Origin: a virus
Reading direction: 5' to 3' (one strand)
IMG/VR virus record: IMGVR_UViG_3300020477_001475
Location: 44,475 to 108,474 of that record
Length of the DNA: 64,000 nt
Under the pieces are notes generated by a model, which was given only the letters and a program-made list of their open reading frames with translations, had not been told where the DNA came from and ran no database searches. Positions 30,974 through 41,039 of this stretch are shown piece by piece (the first letter of the stretch is position 1; each line of letters opens with the position of its first letter). A program made the position numbers and the translations under genes.

Positions 30974-32061
30974 ATGATTCTACCTTTCAATATAGATATT
31001 ATTTTATCTGATGCGTCACCATCACCTAACCATTCACTATTTCTATCAGACCCATTAAAATAATTTTCTAACCATTCAAATGACTTTTCTATATGTTCAT
31101 CATTTGGATCACCATTTACCCATCTTTGAGCAGTGAACATAAAACTATTCCCATTTTTAACCGATTCTGGTCTTTCAGTAAAACTTCTAGGAACTATAAC
31201 AGGAATATCCAACAAAGCAGGTTCCTCTTGTGCAGTTCCGCTATCACTAATAATAAATAAACTTTGTTGCTGGAAATTTATAAAATCCTTATAACCCATT
31301 AAATCAACTAATTCTATAGACCCCAAATCTAATTTATATTCATTTATATAATCCAATGTTCTACCAAATTTCAACATCTTAACAGGTAAATTAAATTTAT
31401 CAGAACATTGGTTAGCATAATCCAATATTACTTCCATCCTACCCTTATACTTAAAATTTTCTGGTCTATGTATGTCCATACATATGTGTTTAGAATCACC
31501 ATCATATTTTTCAAAATCAATAGAATTTAAAGCTTCAACGATAGTGTTACCAACTACAAATATTTTTTTAGAATTTATATTTTCCTTTAAAGCCTTTTCT
31601 TTATAATTTTCATGATATACAAATAAATAATCACTTACATGATCACAAGCTTTTCTATTTATTTCTTCTAACATTCTTTCATCATAACTTCTCATACCGG
31701 CTTCTATATGCCCTATCTTATAACCTTCTTTTTTAAGTGGTAGTGAAGCTAAAACTGAATTACTATCTCCCAAAAATAAAACTATATCAGGTTTTATATC
31801 TTCCGATTCAAACAATTCAATTATTTTTACACCCAATTCGGCTTGTTGATGATAATGCTGTTTACCACCACCACCTATACCCAAATTATAATCAGGTTTT
31901 CTTATGTTTAAATCTTTAAAAAAAACATCAGATAATAAATTATCATAATGTTGTCCTGTATGAATTAAGATGTGATTAAAATTCTTATCTAACTTTTTAA
32001 ATATTTCACACATTCTAATGAAATCTGGTCTTATTCCAGTGATTGTAACAATTGTCTTCAT
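30970..32061 (-). CDS. wecB: UDP-N-acetylglucosamine 2-epimerase
   Basis: GIRPD, HTGQHYD, LGDSNS, HIEAGMRS, EEINR, SDSGTAQEE, TERPE. Confidence 0.9.
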   Translation of the reverse strand: MKTIVTITGIRPDFIRMCEIFKKLDKNFNHILIHTGQHYDNLLSDVFFKDLNIRKPDYNLGIGGGGKQHYHQQAELGVKIIELFESEDIKPDIVLFLGDSNSVLASLPLKKEGYKIGHIEAGMRSYDERMLEEINRKACDHVSDYLFVYHENYKEKALKENINSKKIFVVGNTIVEALNSIDFEKYDGDSKHICMDIHRPENFKYKGRMEVILDYANQCSDKFNLPVKMLKFGRTLDYINEYKLDLGSIELVDLMGYKDFINFQQQSLFIISDSGTAQEEPALLDIPVIVPRSFTERPESVKNGNSFMFTAQRWVNGDPNDEHIEKSFEWLENYFNGSDRNSEWLGDGDASDKIISILKGRII

Positions 32062-32062
32062 A

Positions 32063-32947
32063 TCAATTTAAAATCCTTTTAATTTGTTCAGTTATATAAG
32101 ATGGATGTCCCAAATAATTATCTTTATTGAGATAATTATTAATTTTACACACTTCTTTTGCTCCAGCATACCAATGAATACCTATAGTATTTTTTGGAAT
32201 AAATCCATCAAAAGGTTCAAATAGTTGATGTATTAATCTCCAATCATAAGGATAAACAGTATCAGTATCCAAATTAACTACACCATCATAAACATCTCGT
32301 ATCAGTAAATACTTGTAAGAAACATTTAATAAATCAGCTCCAGCTGATTGATAATTAGAATTAACAGTTCCCATGGAATCATTATATATATCCCAAAATA
32401 ATTGATTATTACCAGATGACATTAAAAACCCAATAGCATGTGATTGAACTAAGTAACGTTCTGTATTCGTTTGAAAACAATCACAAATTACAGATTTAAT
32501 ATTTCTATTTTGATATGTATTTAAATAAATTTCATTCATTGGTTTCGTGTATATTATATCAAAATCAGACCAAACTCCACCTATATCAGCTAAAAGATAC
32601 CATCTGTATATGTCAGATTTTTGAACTGTTGTTAAATTTAATTCGATATCATTTAAATCCAATTCAAATTCAAAAATATTAATGTTATCATATTTATCAC
32701 AATATTCCAACATGTCTCCATAATAATTTTCACCACTAAAAGATAATCCATGCTCACCAGTGGACCATTTAGGATTTAATGTATCATTTGTATCAGCTGG
32801 TATATGTATTCTTATTTCCCAATTAGGATTAAGTTTATGAAAAGATAATATGGTCATATATCTCAAAAATGAAAAATCTTTTTTACCACCCCAATATAAA
32901 TGTAATATTTCAGGTATATTTTCTAATTTCCAACTATTTTTTCCCAT
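32063..32947 (-). CDS. DXD glycosyltransferase (GT32-like)
   Basis: IPEILHLYW, KSDIYR, GGVWSDFD. Confidence 0.75.
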   Translation of the reverse strand: MGKNSWKLENIPEILHLYWGGKKDFSFLRYMTILSFHKLNPNWEIRIHIPADTNDTLNPKWSTGEHGLSFSGENYYGDMLEYCDKYDNINIFEFELDLNDIELNLTTVQKSDIYRWYLLADIGGVWSDFDIIYTKPMNEIYLNTYQNRNIKSVICDCFQTNTERYLVQSHAIGFLMSSGNNQLFWDIYNDSMGTVNSNYQSAGADLLNVSYKYLLIRDVYDGVVNLDTDTVYPYDWRLIHQLFEPFDGFIPKNTIGIHWYAGAKEVCKINNYLNKDNYLGHPSYITEQIKRILN

Positions 32948-33780
32948 ATAACCTCTCTATTTAATTTTTCTGACTTATAAGGCATTGTATTAAAAGCTTT
33001 GCCGGAACCATTATTCCATATTTTTTCCAAAAGAAGTCTATTTCTAGTAACATCTTCTACTTTATCATCCCATGATGCATAATGAACATCCCCATGCCAT
33101 TGGTGAAATACAACCAAGTCGTCTATTATTTTAATTTTCATATTTTTAGCTCTTATCCTAAAAACCAAATCATCATCATCATAAGAACAACCAAAAGCGA
33201 ATCTTTCATCAAAACCACCAATATCTACAAAATCTTTTCTAGTAATAGCTGTACACCAATGAAAAGCTTTTGGTCTATAAACACTATGATTATAAAATGC
33301 CAATTCGTTACCATTATCTGGATTTGGATTATTATCACATGACCATGGATTTAAACTTATATCATCCAATTCACCATTACCTAATTTATCTGTAGTTTCT
33401 TTGTTTAAAGCGTAAACAGCTGTCGATATATATTCATTTTCAACTAAATTTTTATCTACATATGAACATATATCAGAAGTATGAAAACATTCAGGATTTT
33501 GAATTATAATAGCATCACCAGTAGAATTAGCTAATGCAATATTATAAGGTATACAGGGATTCAGCCACCATTTATTATGATTCTCTATTTTAATAACTTT
33601 TATATCTAAATCAAAATATTCCTTTATATCACTTAAATCATGTTCTGAATTACTACCATCATCCACTATAACAATTTCTAATTTATCAACAACTTCAGAT
33701 TGTGATATAGATTGCAATGTATTAAACAACAACTTCCTTCTATTATAATAAGACATTACTATTGATATCTTTTTATACAT
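32923..33780 (-). CDS. Glycosyltransferase family 2
   Basis: SIVMSYYNR, VDDGS, GGFDERF..YDDDD, HQWH. Confidence 0.85.
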   Translation of the reverse strand: MYKKISIVMSYYNRRKLLFNTLQSISQSEVVDKLEIVIVDDGSNSEHDLSDIKEYFDLDIKVIKIENHNKWWLNPCIPYNIALANSTGDAIIIQNPECFHTSDICSYVDKNLVENEYISTAVYALNKETTDKLGNGELDDISLNPWSCDNNPNPDNGNELAFYNHSVYRPKAFHWCTAITRKDFVDIGGFDERFAFGCSYDDDDLVFRIRAKNMKIKIIDDLVVFHQWHGDVHYASWDDKVEDVTRNRLLLEKIWNNGSGKAFNTMPYKSEKLNREVIWEKIVGN

Positions 33781-34413
33781 CTATAAACCACCTACTATTT
33801 CAGAGTAAAAATTATTTTGTTTTTCTTGTTTATTTATATCTTTAGGATGATATATTGAAAATTCTTCTTGTGCTGGTAACTCTGTATATTCTTCGAAGCC
33901 CACCAACATTTCATGAACTGGTCTTTCCCATCTGATATTTGGTCTGTTTTTCCATATTCTACCTTGCCAATCAGGAAAATTTATCCAACCACTACCATTA
34001 ACATGCCATTTCCAATGATTTATATGTTCATCAGTCAACCCATCTACAGTATTAATTCTGGGTACCCAATATAAATCTATCGTAGGATTAATTTTCAATA
34101 TTGATTTTATATTTGTTATTAATTGTTTATGTGGCATTTCATCTGCATCTATATTGAAAATATAATCACCCGAACACATACGAGTCAAGTGATTTTTTTG
34201 TCCAGCGTAATCTTTTAACAAATGTCTTTGCTCAAATTTAATTTCATGAATAGAACACATAGTATCAAGAATTTCTTTTGTCTTTTCATTATCTGAATAA
34301 TCATCTAGAATTACAATTTCATCTTCTTCATCTTTATGTTTAACAAGAAACTCTATTAGTTTTAATAGAGAATCAGTTTCGTTGTGTGTTAATATACTAT
34401 AACTAATTTTCAT
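33781..34413 (-). CDS. Glycosyltransferase family 2
   Basis: THNE, LDDYS, IDADE, PDWQGR, VHE. Confidence 0.85.
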   Translation of the reverse strand: MKISYSILTHNETDSLLKLIEFLVKHKDEEDEIVILDDYSDNEKTKEILDTMCSIHEIKFEQRHLLKDYAGQKNHLTRMCSGDYIFNIDADEMPHKQLITNIKSILKINPTIDLYWVPRINTVDGLTDEHINHWKWHVNGSGWINFPDWQGRIWKNRPNIRWERPVHEMLVGFEEYTELPAQEEFSIYHPKDINKQEKQNNFYSEIVGGL

Positions 34414-34970
34414 TATTTTAATAACCCATCCAAATTTAATTCTAAAACTCTTATATTTTTAATTTTATCCATAGAATAAGTTCTATATATATCCCATCTG
34501 TTAACAAACTTTTTTAATACTTTATCATATAACATTTTCATCTGCCTTTTGGATTCAGATAAAGACATGGGATTTCCTTCTCTTTCCATTTTAAAAACAG
34601 GTAAATGTATACGACTAAATTCTTTCTTCAATAAATTTCTATTAGGCAATTGATCATCGGTATCCACAGAAGAATCTTGATCTTCAATTCTAACAACATT
34701 TTGATTTTTTGTAGTATAAACACCAGACCCTCTTTGTAATTTAACCATAACTCTCTTAATTTCATTTTCTGTCATATAGTTTAAATTTATACCATGTATT
34801 AATTTGGAGTTTAAATCTCTGTGTAATACGATTACCATGGGTTTAATATCCGAAGCATTTGGAGATTTATACATAAATTCAACAAACATACCAGGAAGTA
34901 TTGCCTTTACGCCAGCTGGTTGTCTACCTTGAATTCTTCTTCTATGATTGTATGTGGTTTTCTTCGGCAT
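34413..34970 (-). CDS. Possible DNA end-protector-like protein (T4 gp2-like)
   Basis: PGMFVEFMY..PMVIVL..IHGINLNYM resembles the gp2 G.NLHYL motif. Confidence 0.4.
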   Translation of the reverse strand: MPKKTTYNHRRRIQGRQPAGVKAILPGMFVEFMYKSPNASDIKPMVIVLHRDLNSKLIHGINLNYMTENEIKRVMVKLQRGSGVYTTKNQNVVRIEDQDSSVDTDDQLPNRNLLKKEFSRIHLPVFKMEREGNPMSLSESKRQMKMLYDKVLKKFVNRWDIYRTYSMDKIKNIRVLELNLDGLLK

Positions 34971-35409
34971 TAACTTTATTTATTTCAATAAGAATTTGAT
35001 AAAAATAATCCTTTATTATTTGATTATCTATATCATACCTCTGTTTATAATAACTACCATCGGGTTTAGTATATTTTTCCCTATCTTCTTCCGATACATC
35101 CACCAATGGTGCAAATGCCCATTTCATTTTCCATGGTACTTCTTCATCTTCGATGGGATAAACTAAACCATAATTTAAACTTAATATAGATGGTATCCAT
35201 ATACGTTTATCTAAATAAACAGACCATTTTTGAATTTTTTCATCTAATGTTTTAAATTTTTTACATTTTTTAGGATGATTTTTAAGTTCATGCGTAGTTG
35301 AATAACCACAATACAAACACTGCATCAATTCAGCTGGAGGATTATTTTCTACAGTAAGACTTTCTTTATCACATAAAAAGCATGTTGTTTTTATTGTAAA
35401 ATCTTTCAT
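34942..35409 (-). CDS. Hypothetical zinc-ribbon protein
   Basis: CFLC..CLYCGY. Confidence 0.55.
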   Translation of the reverse strand: MKDFTIKTTCFLCDKESLTVENNPPAELMQCLYCGYSTTHELKNHPKKCKKFKTLDEKIQKWSVYLDKRIWIPSILSLNYGLVYPIEDEEVPWKMKWAFAPLVDVSEEDREKYTKPDGSYYKQRYDIDNQIIKDYFYQILIEINKVNAEENHIQS

Positions 35410-36786
35410 TTAATTAATCTTCTTTAATTTTGGTAATTTAATTTTCTTATGTTCTGGTTGTTTCATATCAATATTTTCCATATGTTTGTCTAAAATTTCG
35501 CCGAGTTTTTCAGTCATATGTTTATGTGTAAATTTACTATGATTCTTATTCATGAGTTTAAGTGCATTTGTTTTAAAATCAAAACTATTTTTAAATGCAT
35601 ATCTCATAGCATCTTTTGCCTGCGTTTCATCAACAGTAAACCACTTACTTTCTGGTATAATTATATTTTCCCATACTGCTGACTCTGGTACATTATTTAA
35701 TGTACCTTGTAATAAAATACAATTAGCTGGATCTAAAAAATCTACTTGACCACTCCAACCAGATGCTATAACAGGTAGTCCAGCCATAGTAGCTTCTTGT
35801 AATGGTCTACCATAACCTTCACCATGAGTAAAAGAAAGCATAGTTTTTATTTTTGGGTGATTATATAAACTATTCATTTCACTATCTGTCAAATCACCAT
35901 GTAACAAATAAATATTTGGTAAATTCCAATCACTTGGAAATTGATTTTTAATATTATTTATTTTCGAAATGATACTCTCTTTGTCAATTACACTAAAAGT
36001 AGCTCCACTGGTTTTTAATACAATAGCTGGTTGTTTTTTCTGATTAGCAAATGTTTCATAAAATAATTTAATCATTCTACCAACATCTTTTCTATCTTCA
36101 CCATAATTACCTTTTATCCAATGGCCTACAAATAAAAATGCAAAATCTTCTTTTACTATAGAATTAATATCATCTAATACATTTTTATCCATTTCATCAA
36201 TTTTTAATTGTTTGTATATAGAATCATCAGATCCTTCGAACAAAACTTCCATTGGTTTTTCGAGTTTTAATTCACCAACTTTATGATTACCACCAGTAGG
36301 TAATTTTTCCAATTTATCAAAAGCTGTATCAACAAAAGCTTTTTTAGAATGGTTAGATGGTACAATTAACATATCCATTCTATTACACCCTTCCAACCAT
36401 TGTTGTGATACAGCTGTTGTTTCTATACCAGCTGTTATACCAATATTAAAAAATTTACCAATGGGTTGAAATTCATTTGGTATTCTAACATCTATGTAAA
36501 TATCTGGTGAATTATGCCCAGAAATAAGATTAGGATCCACTACTATTGATTCAGATACAATAAGATCTTTACCATCTCTTAAATTCAAAGCATTTCGTGG
36601 ACAATTTCCCCACCGTACATCAAATAATTTAATATTAAATTTATTTAAAAGTCTTAATGAATGAAAAATATCTCTAGCATGTTCACCATAACCACTTCTA
36701 CTAGTGAATGGTCCAGTTATAACAACAGATGGTCTATTTTTTATACTCATACTACCTCCAATGTATATTTTTCTTTCGGTTTCCAT
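35410..36786 (-). CDS. Glycosyltransferase family 4 (GT-B)
   Basis: SRSGYG, RKDVG, GEGYGRPLQEA, PVIASGWSG. Confidence 0.85.
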   Translation of the reverse strand: METERKIYIGGSMSIKNRPSVVITGPFTSRSGYGEHARDIFHSLRLLNKFNIKLFDVRWGNCPRNALNLRDGKDLIVSESIVVDPNLISGHNSPDIYIDVRIPNEFQPIGKFFNIGITAGIETTAVSQQWLEGCNRMDMLIVPSNHSKKAFVDTAFDKLEKLPTGGNHKVGELKLEKPMEVLFEGSDDSIYKQLKIDEMDKNVLDDINSIVKEDFAFLFVGHWIKGNYGEDRKDVGRMIKLFYETFANQKKQPAIVLKTSGATFSVIDKESIISKINNIKNQFPSDWNLPNIYLLHGDLTDSEMNSLYNHPKIKTMLSFTHGEGYGRPLQEATMAGLPVIASGWSGQVDFLDPANCILLQGTLNNVPESAVWENIIIPESKWFTVDETQAKDAMRYAFKNSFDFKTNALKLMNKNHSKFTHKHMTEKLGEILDKHMENIDMKQPEHKKIKLPKLKKIN

Positions 36787-38102
36787 TTTTCAAACACGGT
36801 ATCCATAGATGTAATAAAATTATCAGACATTTTTTCCGATGTCATACCTTCTTTAATAACAAATTCTCTACCTTTTTTCCCAGCTTCTTTTCTTTCATCT
36901 GGTGTTTTGTCATACCAATATTTCATAGCTTCACCAGTTTCATCCCACCTACACCTATCATCAAAAATGTATGGAGTAACTGGTGATCCCATCAATGATA
37001 TTGTAGATGGAAATACAGTTTTTACCCATTCACCATGTTCTTGATATTTACCATTATGATTAGATCCCCATTCACCGATATAATCATTTTCTGTGAGATA
37101 TTCACCATCTTCATTTTTAAATCCACATTGGTCTTGTAATCCACCTGTAACATTAATAATAGTTGGAGTACCTGCCATAAGTGATTCACATGTAGCCAAT
37201 CCAAATCCTTCATTGGATGCTATATTTATAGTAACATCACATGAATTATATAAAAGATTTAATTCGTTGTCATTTAACTTAACTTCCGTAAATTTTATAT
37301 TATAGTTAGGACATATATCTCTATGTATGGCTCCTAAATCTGTACCATTTTCATCAACAATTGGTGTATGCATAACCAATATACATTTATCGGCTTCATC
37401 TTTAGGTAACATATCACAAAAATGTTTAAATGCTAATATCACATCACCTGGCATTTTCCTTCTAATATTTCTATTACAAAATAATATCTTAAAATTATAA
37501 TTATTTATATCCAATTTCGTTTCAAATTGAGTTAATCTCAAATCAGATTTATCTATACTGTGATAATTATCGGCATCTACTCCATGTGGAACATATGTTA
37601 TTTGCCAATCTTCATATTCTGGGACTACTCGTTTATTTATACCATAAGTTTGTTTTGAAATCGCCATCAATAAATCAGAACTTCTGTAATAATTTCTATT
37701 ATACAATGGATCTGGTAAATCATCCCATATATTATAATAAAAAATAGGAATTTGTGTTCTTACTTCATGTTCGATGTTATACAACCAAATCCAAAATCTT
37801 GGATCCGTGTAATGAAGTATAGCATCTGGTTTTTCAAGTTTAATTATTTCAAATAATCTATCAGCATCACCATAACCGCTAACTGGATAAAGTTTTAAAG
37901 ATCCACCTTTAGGAATTTTTATTCTTTCATCACCATTTATATTTAGTATTTGACCATGTTCTGGATGTTGTATAGCCCCAGCTAATTGTATCCAATCATA
38001 TTTATGTATAGTACCTCTAACAATTTCAAACGACATCCTAGCTACACCAGATGTCATTCTAAGATCATCGGATAATAATAATATTTTTTTTCTTTTTGAC
38101 AT
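36747..38102 (-). CDS. Glycosyltransferase family 4 (GT-B)
   Basis: NRNIRRK, NEGFGLATCESLMAGTP, TGGLQDQ. Confidence 0.85.
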   Translation of the reverse strand: MSKRKKILLLSDDLRMTSGVARMSFEIVRGTIHKYDWIQLAGAIQHPEHGQILNINGDERIKIPKGGSLKLYPVSGYGDADRLFEIIKLEKPDAILHYTDPRFWIWLYNIEHEVRTQIPIFYYNIWDDLPDPLYNRNYYRSSDLLMAISKQTYGINKRVVPEYEDWQITYVPHGVDADNYHSIDKSDLRLTQFETKLDINNYNFKILFCNRNIRRKMPGDVILAFKHFCDMLPKDEADKCILVMHTPIVDENGTDLGAIHRDICPNYNIKFTEVKLNDNELNLLYNSCDVTINIASNEGFGLATCESLMAGTPTIINVTGGLQDQCGFKNEDGEYLTENDYIGEWGSNHNGKYQEHGEWVKTVFPSTISLMGSPVTPYIFDDRCRWDETGEAMKYWYDKTPDERKEAGKKGREFVIKEGMTSEKMSDNFITSMDTVFEKWKPKEKYTLEVV

Positions 38103-38129
38103 ACATAACCTTTATTTTAACGATATTTA

Positions 38130-38336
38130 CTAAAAACTACTACCAGACATTAGAAGTTCATCTGTAATTTTTATTTTATCTCTAAAGTTATCATCATCAC
38201 TTATATATAATAATATACTTCTATTGACCAACTTTTGCAAATTTATATCATCATCCAGACTTATATGCCTAAATTCATTGTATAAATTTTCGATTATCTT
38301 TACAGATGTTAATTTTGTTTTACATTCTATACTCAT
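38130..38336 (-). CDS. Small putative DNA-binding protein (ribbon-helix-helix-like)
   Basis: LTSVKI..LY..LQKLVNRSI strand-helix-helix pattern. Confidence 0.45.
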   Translation of the reverse strand: MSIECKTKLTSVKIIENLYNEFRHISLDDDINLQKLVNRSILLYISDDDNFRDKIKITDELLMSGSSF

Positions 38337-38377
38337 ATATATACATATATATAAAATACAGAAAACAACTACTTTTT

Positions 38378-38785
38378 TTAATAAATTATTAAAGTTTTTT
38401 TATTAAATTTTTCGGCATATTTTAATGTAGATTCTGTACCACTCGTGCTTATGCCCTTTGGAATAAATGCAACTATATAATCACTAGTTCCAGCAATTAT
38501 CTTATTTCTAACATGATAATTCTTTACATGATAAGGCTTTCCATATCTAGATTCAGATAATGGGCAATATAAATTATGAGGAAAATGATCAGGTGGATAT
38601 TCTTCATATTGTAAACCCAATTCAAGAGCGTATTTCTTAGCGTATTTATCAGCCCCATCTTTACAACCACCACTTACGATTGTAGTATCTTCACCATGTT
38701 CTTGCTTCAATTTAAAAATAAAATCTTTTATTTTCTTTTTATTTTCATATTTACGACTGCCAATTATAGCTATTTTCATTAACAA
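38378..38785 (-). CDS. SLOG/DprA-like protein (YspA/DUF2493 type)
   Basis: IAIIGSR, IVSGGCKDGAD, RNKII, GTEST. Confidence 0.75.
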   Translation of the reverse strand: MLMKIAIIGSRKYENKKKIKDFIFKLKQEHGEDTTIVSGGCKDGADKYAKKYALELGLQYEEYPPDHFPHNLYCPLSESRYGKPYHVKNYHVRNKIIAGTSDYIVAFIPKGISTSGTESTLKYAEKFNKKTLIIY

Positions 38786-38866
38786 TTACCATTATTGAAA
38801 AGTAAAAACATGGCCAACATTATCAATTTATCTAAAATCCACAATGATATCAATATAGTCAATTTT

Positions 38867-39217
38867 TTATCTATTCCTATTTTCATTTTTTTTATCTATC
38901 CTTTTTATTTGTTTATAAATATTTTTATAATATTCCAAACCATCTAAAATATTACCTTCATATTTATACCTCCACCCACATTTATCACCATTATTTATAA
39001 CAAAAAAATTATAATTTATTATATCACCATTTTTATACGATTTATTTATCATATAATCATATTTTTTTACAAATTTATTAGTACTTCCATTCAACCCAAC
39101 TATATTCAATTCAAAATCTCTATTTTTGTAAAAAGATTTTAAAAAACTAACTACATTCTCTTCTTCACTTAATATATCTTCTATGTTAAGTAATAATGAA
39201 TAAACATGTCTACTCAA
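38867..39217 (-). CDS. Hypothetical protein
   Basis: 116-aa ORF abutting the upstream nuclease gene. Confidence 0.5.
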   Translation of the reverse strand: MSRHVYSLLLNIEDILSEEENVVSFLKSFYKNRDFELNIVGLNGSTNKFVKKYDYMINKSYKNGDIINYNFFVINNGDKCGWRYKYEGNILDGLEYYKNIYKQIKRIDKKNENRNR

Positions 39218-40078
39218 TTAAATTATACCTTCTTTACAATATTCAGTTTGATTAAATTCACAAAATCTACAAGCGTTTTTACTCGGCGTGGCGTGCAGAG
39301 CATCGGCCGAATAACTACCATCATTGGCAAACGCTTCATCTATAAACCTATTCAATTTTTTACCTATCTTGTTCATAGAAACCTTACCACTGGCAGGTGC
39401 AAACTTCTGAAATCTCTTTTGTGGAAAATCCACATTTTCCCACAACTTTCTTTTCAATATCAAATATTCAATATCTATTCTATCTATGGGATGATTATAT
39501 TGTTTAGAATAAAATTGTTTATATAACAATAATTGTGATGTTTTATCAAAATCCTTTTTCATCCATTTATTCCAACCTTTTGTGGATGTTTTCAAATCAA
39601 TTATCTTTATTGAATCTGTTGGTTTATGCCTTAACACCACATCAAGATAACCAACCATTCTAATATTATTCTTTAATTCCATATCTATTGGAACTTCACA
39701 ACCAATTAATTCCCATTTATTTTTGAAAAAATATTCACCCCGTTTCTTCCTAAAAAAATCAAGTATTTCAATACCATCATCAAAAAATTCTGATAATTGT
39801 TCTTTTGTACATGGTGGTTTACCATCATTTTCTTCAGCTTTTTTAAATTCATTTATCATTTCTTTTTGTAACAATGCTGGTAAATCAATTTCATTGGCCT
39901 TTTTCACACTTTCACCATACATCACATCAAGATAATGTTGTATTGTTTCGTGCATTGCTGTTCCAAATACCAAATGTATATTTGATTCTGATACGGATAT
40001 TTCATCCACATATCTTAGTTTCCAATGCATTGGGCATTGGCTATACATCGATAATTGACTGTATGATATTTTATTCAT
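39218..40078 (-). CDS. PD-(D/E)XK RecB/Cas4-like nuclease
   Basis: SYSQL..CP, GTAMHE, GYLD..IIDLKT, QLLLY, CRFCEF..C. Confidence 0.85.
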   Translation of the reverse strand: MNKISYSQLSMYSQCPMHWKLRYVDEISVSESNIHLVFGTAMHETIQHYLDVMYGESVKKANEIDLPALLQKEMINEFKKAEENDGKPPCTKEQLSEFFDDGIEILDFFRKKRGEYFFKNKWELIGCEVPIDMELKNNIRMVGYLDVVLRHKPTDSIKIIDLKTSTKGWNKWMKKDFDKTSQLLLYKQFYSKQYNHPIDRIDIEYLILKRKLWENVDFPQKRFQKFAPASGKVSMNKIGKKLNRFIDEAFANDGSYSADALHATPSKNACRFCEFNQTEYCKEGII

Positions 40079-40358
40079 TTTTGCCTACCATTCTATGATA
40101 TGGTTTTTTATAATAATGTGAAATAAATGTACTAATTTCTTCCATATCTAATTTTCTTCTTAAATTATTTTCTAATCTTGTATATGGACAATCTAATCTG
40201 TTTAAAGCTAAATGCATTATCCACGCTGATAGTGGTAATGCTATCCAAATAGGTTCATTGATAAATAATAAAGGAACACTTAATGTTATAACCCAAAGCC
40301 CAATATGATGTGTAACTACGGTAAATACAAACAATAATCTATAAAATGTTCTATTCAT
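40071..40358 (-). CDS. Small membrane protein (DUF2784-like)
   Basis: Two hydrophobic segments, CPYTRLENNLR. Confidence 0.55.
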   Translation of the reverse strand: MNRTFYRLLFVFTVVTHHIGLWVITLSVPLLFINEPIWIALPLSAWIMHLALNRLDCPYTRLENNLRRKLDMEEISTFISHYYKKPYHRMVGKNE

Positions 40359-41028
40359 CTTTCTCCTTTGGGTAAGGTAATATTTTATATTTTAAATTTT
40401 TCATCATATCCTTTTTTTCCTTTTTATTTCCCATTAAATACAAATATCTATATTTTCCATGTAATTTTTTAATTTCGTATTGAACTCCCATTTTTTTCAA
40501 TTTATCTTTACTACGAGTACCATACCTTTGATTCATAGTTCTGGGATGTACTTTTTTACCATCAATAATATACCAAGTATCTTCAGTACTAGTTCCACAA
40601 TACAACCAATTGGTTGCTTGATATATTTTTCCAAAATGACCTTGTTCTGGATCGGCAAAAGATACTAATATCTTTATATCAGGATGATTTTTCTTTATAT
40701 ATTTTATACTTTGACCTATACAATAACTTTCCATATTCTTACCAGCCCAATCAAAACTAAACAACCTAACTAATTCCCAATATTTTCCAGGAAGACTATC
40801 TTTCATAGTTGACGATGCACTTTGACCATAAACTAAAACTGCATTCAATTTCTTTTCTACATAAAATCCCAAACATAATTCAGATGCTGGAAATGCATGA
40901 CTATAATGATTTTTAATTATTATACTTTTAGCTAAATTGGATGGTATTCGTTCCATTTCAATATTATTCTTATCTAAAGTATCCATTTCTACTTCTGATG
41001 TAGGATCACCATCCCAGAAATTATTCAT
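40351..41028 (-). CDS. Mom-like GNAT DNA-modification protein
   Basis: HYSH, ELVRLF, SFADPEQGHFGKIYQATNWLYCG. Confidence 0.75.
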   Translation of the reverse strand: MNNFWDGDPTSEVEMDTLDKNNIEMERIPSNLAKSIIIKNHYSHAFPASELCLGFYVEKKLNAVLVYGQSASSTMKDSLPGKYWELVRLFSFDWAGKNMESYCIGQSIKYIKKNHPDIKILVSFADPEQGHFGKIYQATNWLYCGTSTEDTWYIIDGKKVHPRTMNQRYGTRSKDKLKKMGVQYEIKKLHGKYRYLYLMGNKKEKKDMMKNLKYKILPYPKEKDE

Positions 41029-41039
41029 AATTTTAATCT

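Noticed and set aside
14470-38102. Bacterial chromosomal O-antigen locus (window being cellular)
   Set aside because: Contiguous with a T4-type gp43/45/44/62 replisome and many phage-type small ORFs on one strand, and no wzx/wzy-like genes are visible.
39218-40078. Cas4-like nuclease as part of a CRISPR system
   Set aside because: No repeat-spacer array or other cas genes seen; stand-alone PD-(D/E)XK nucleases are common in phages.
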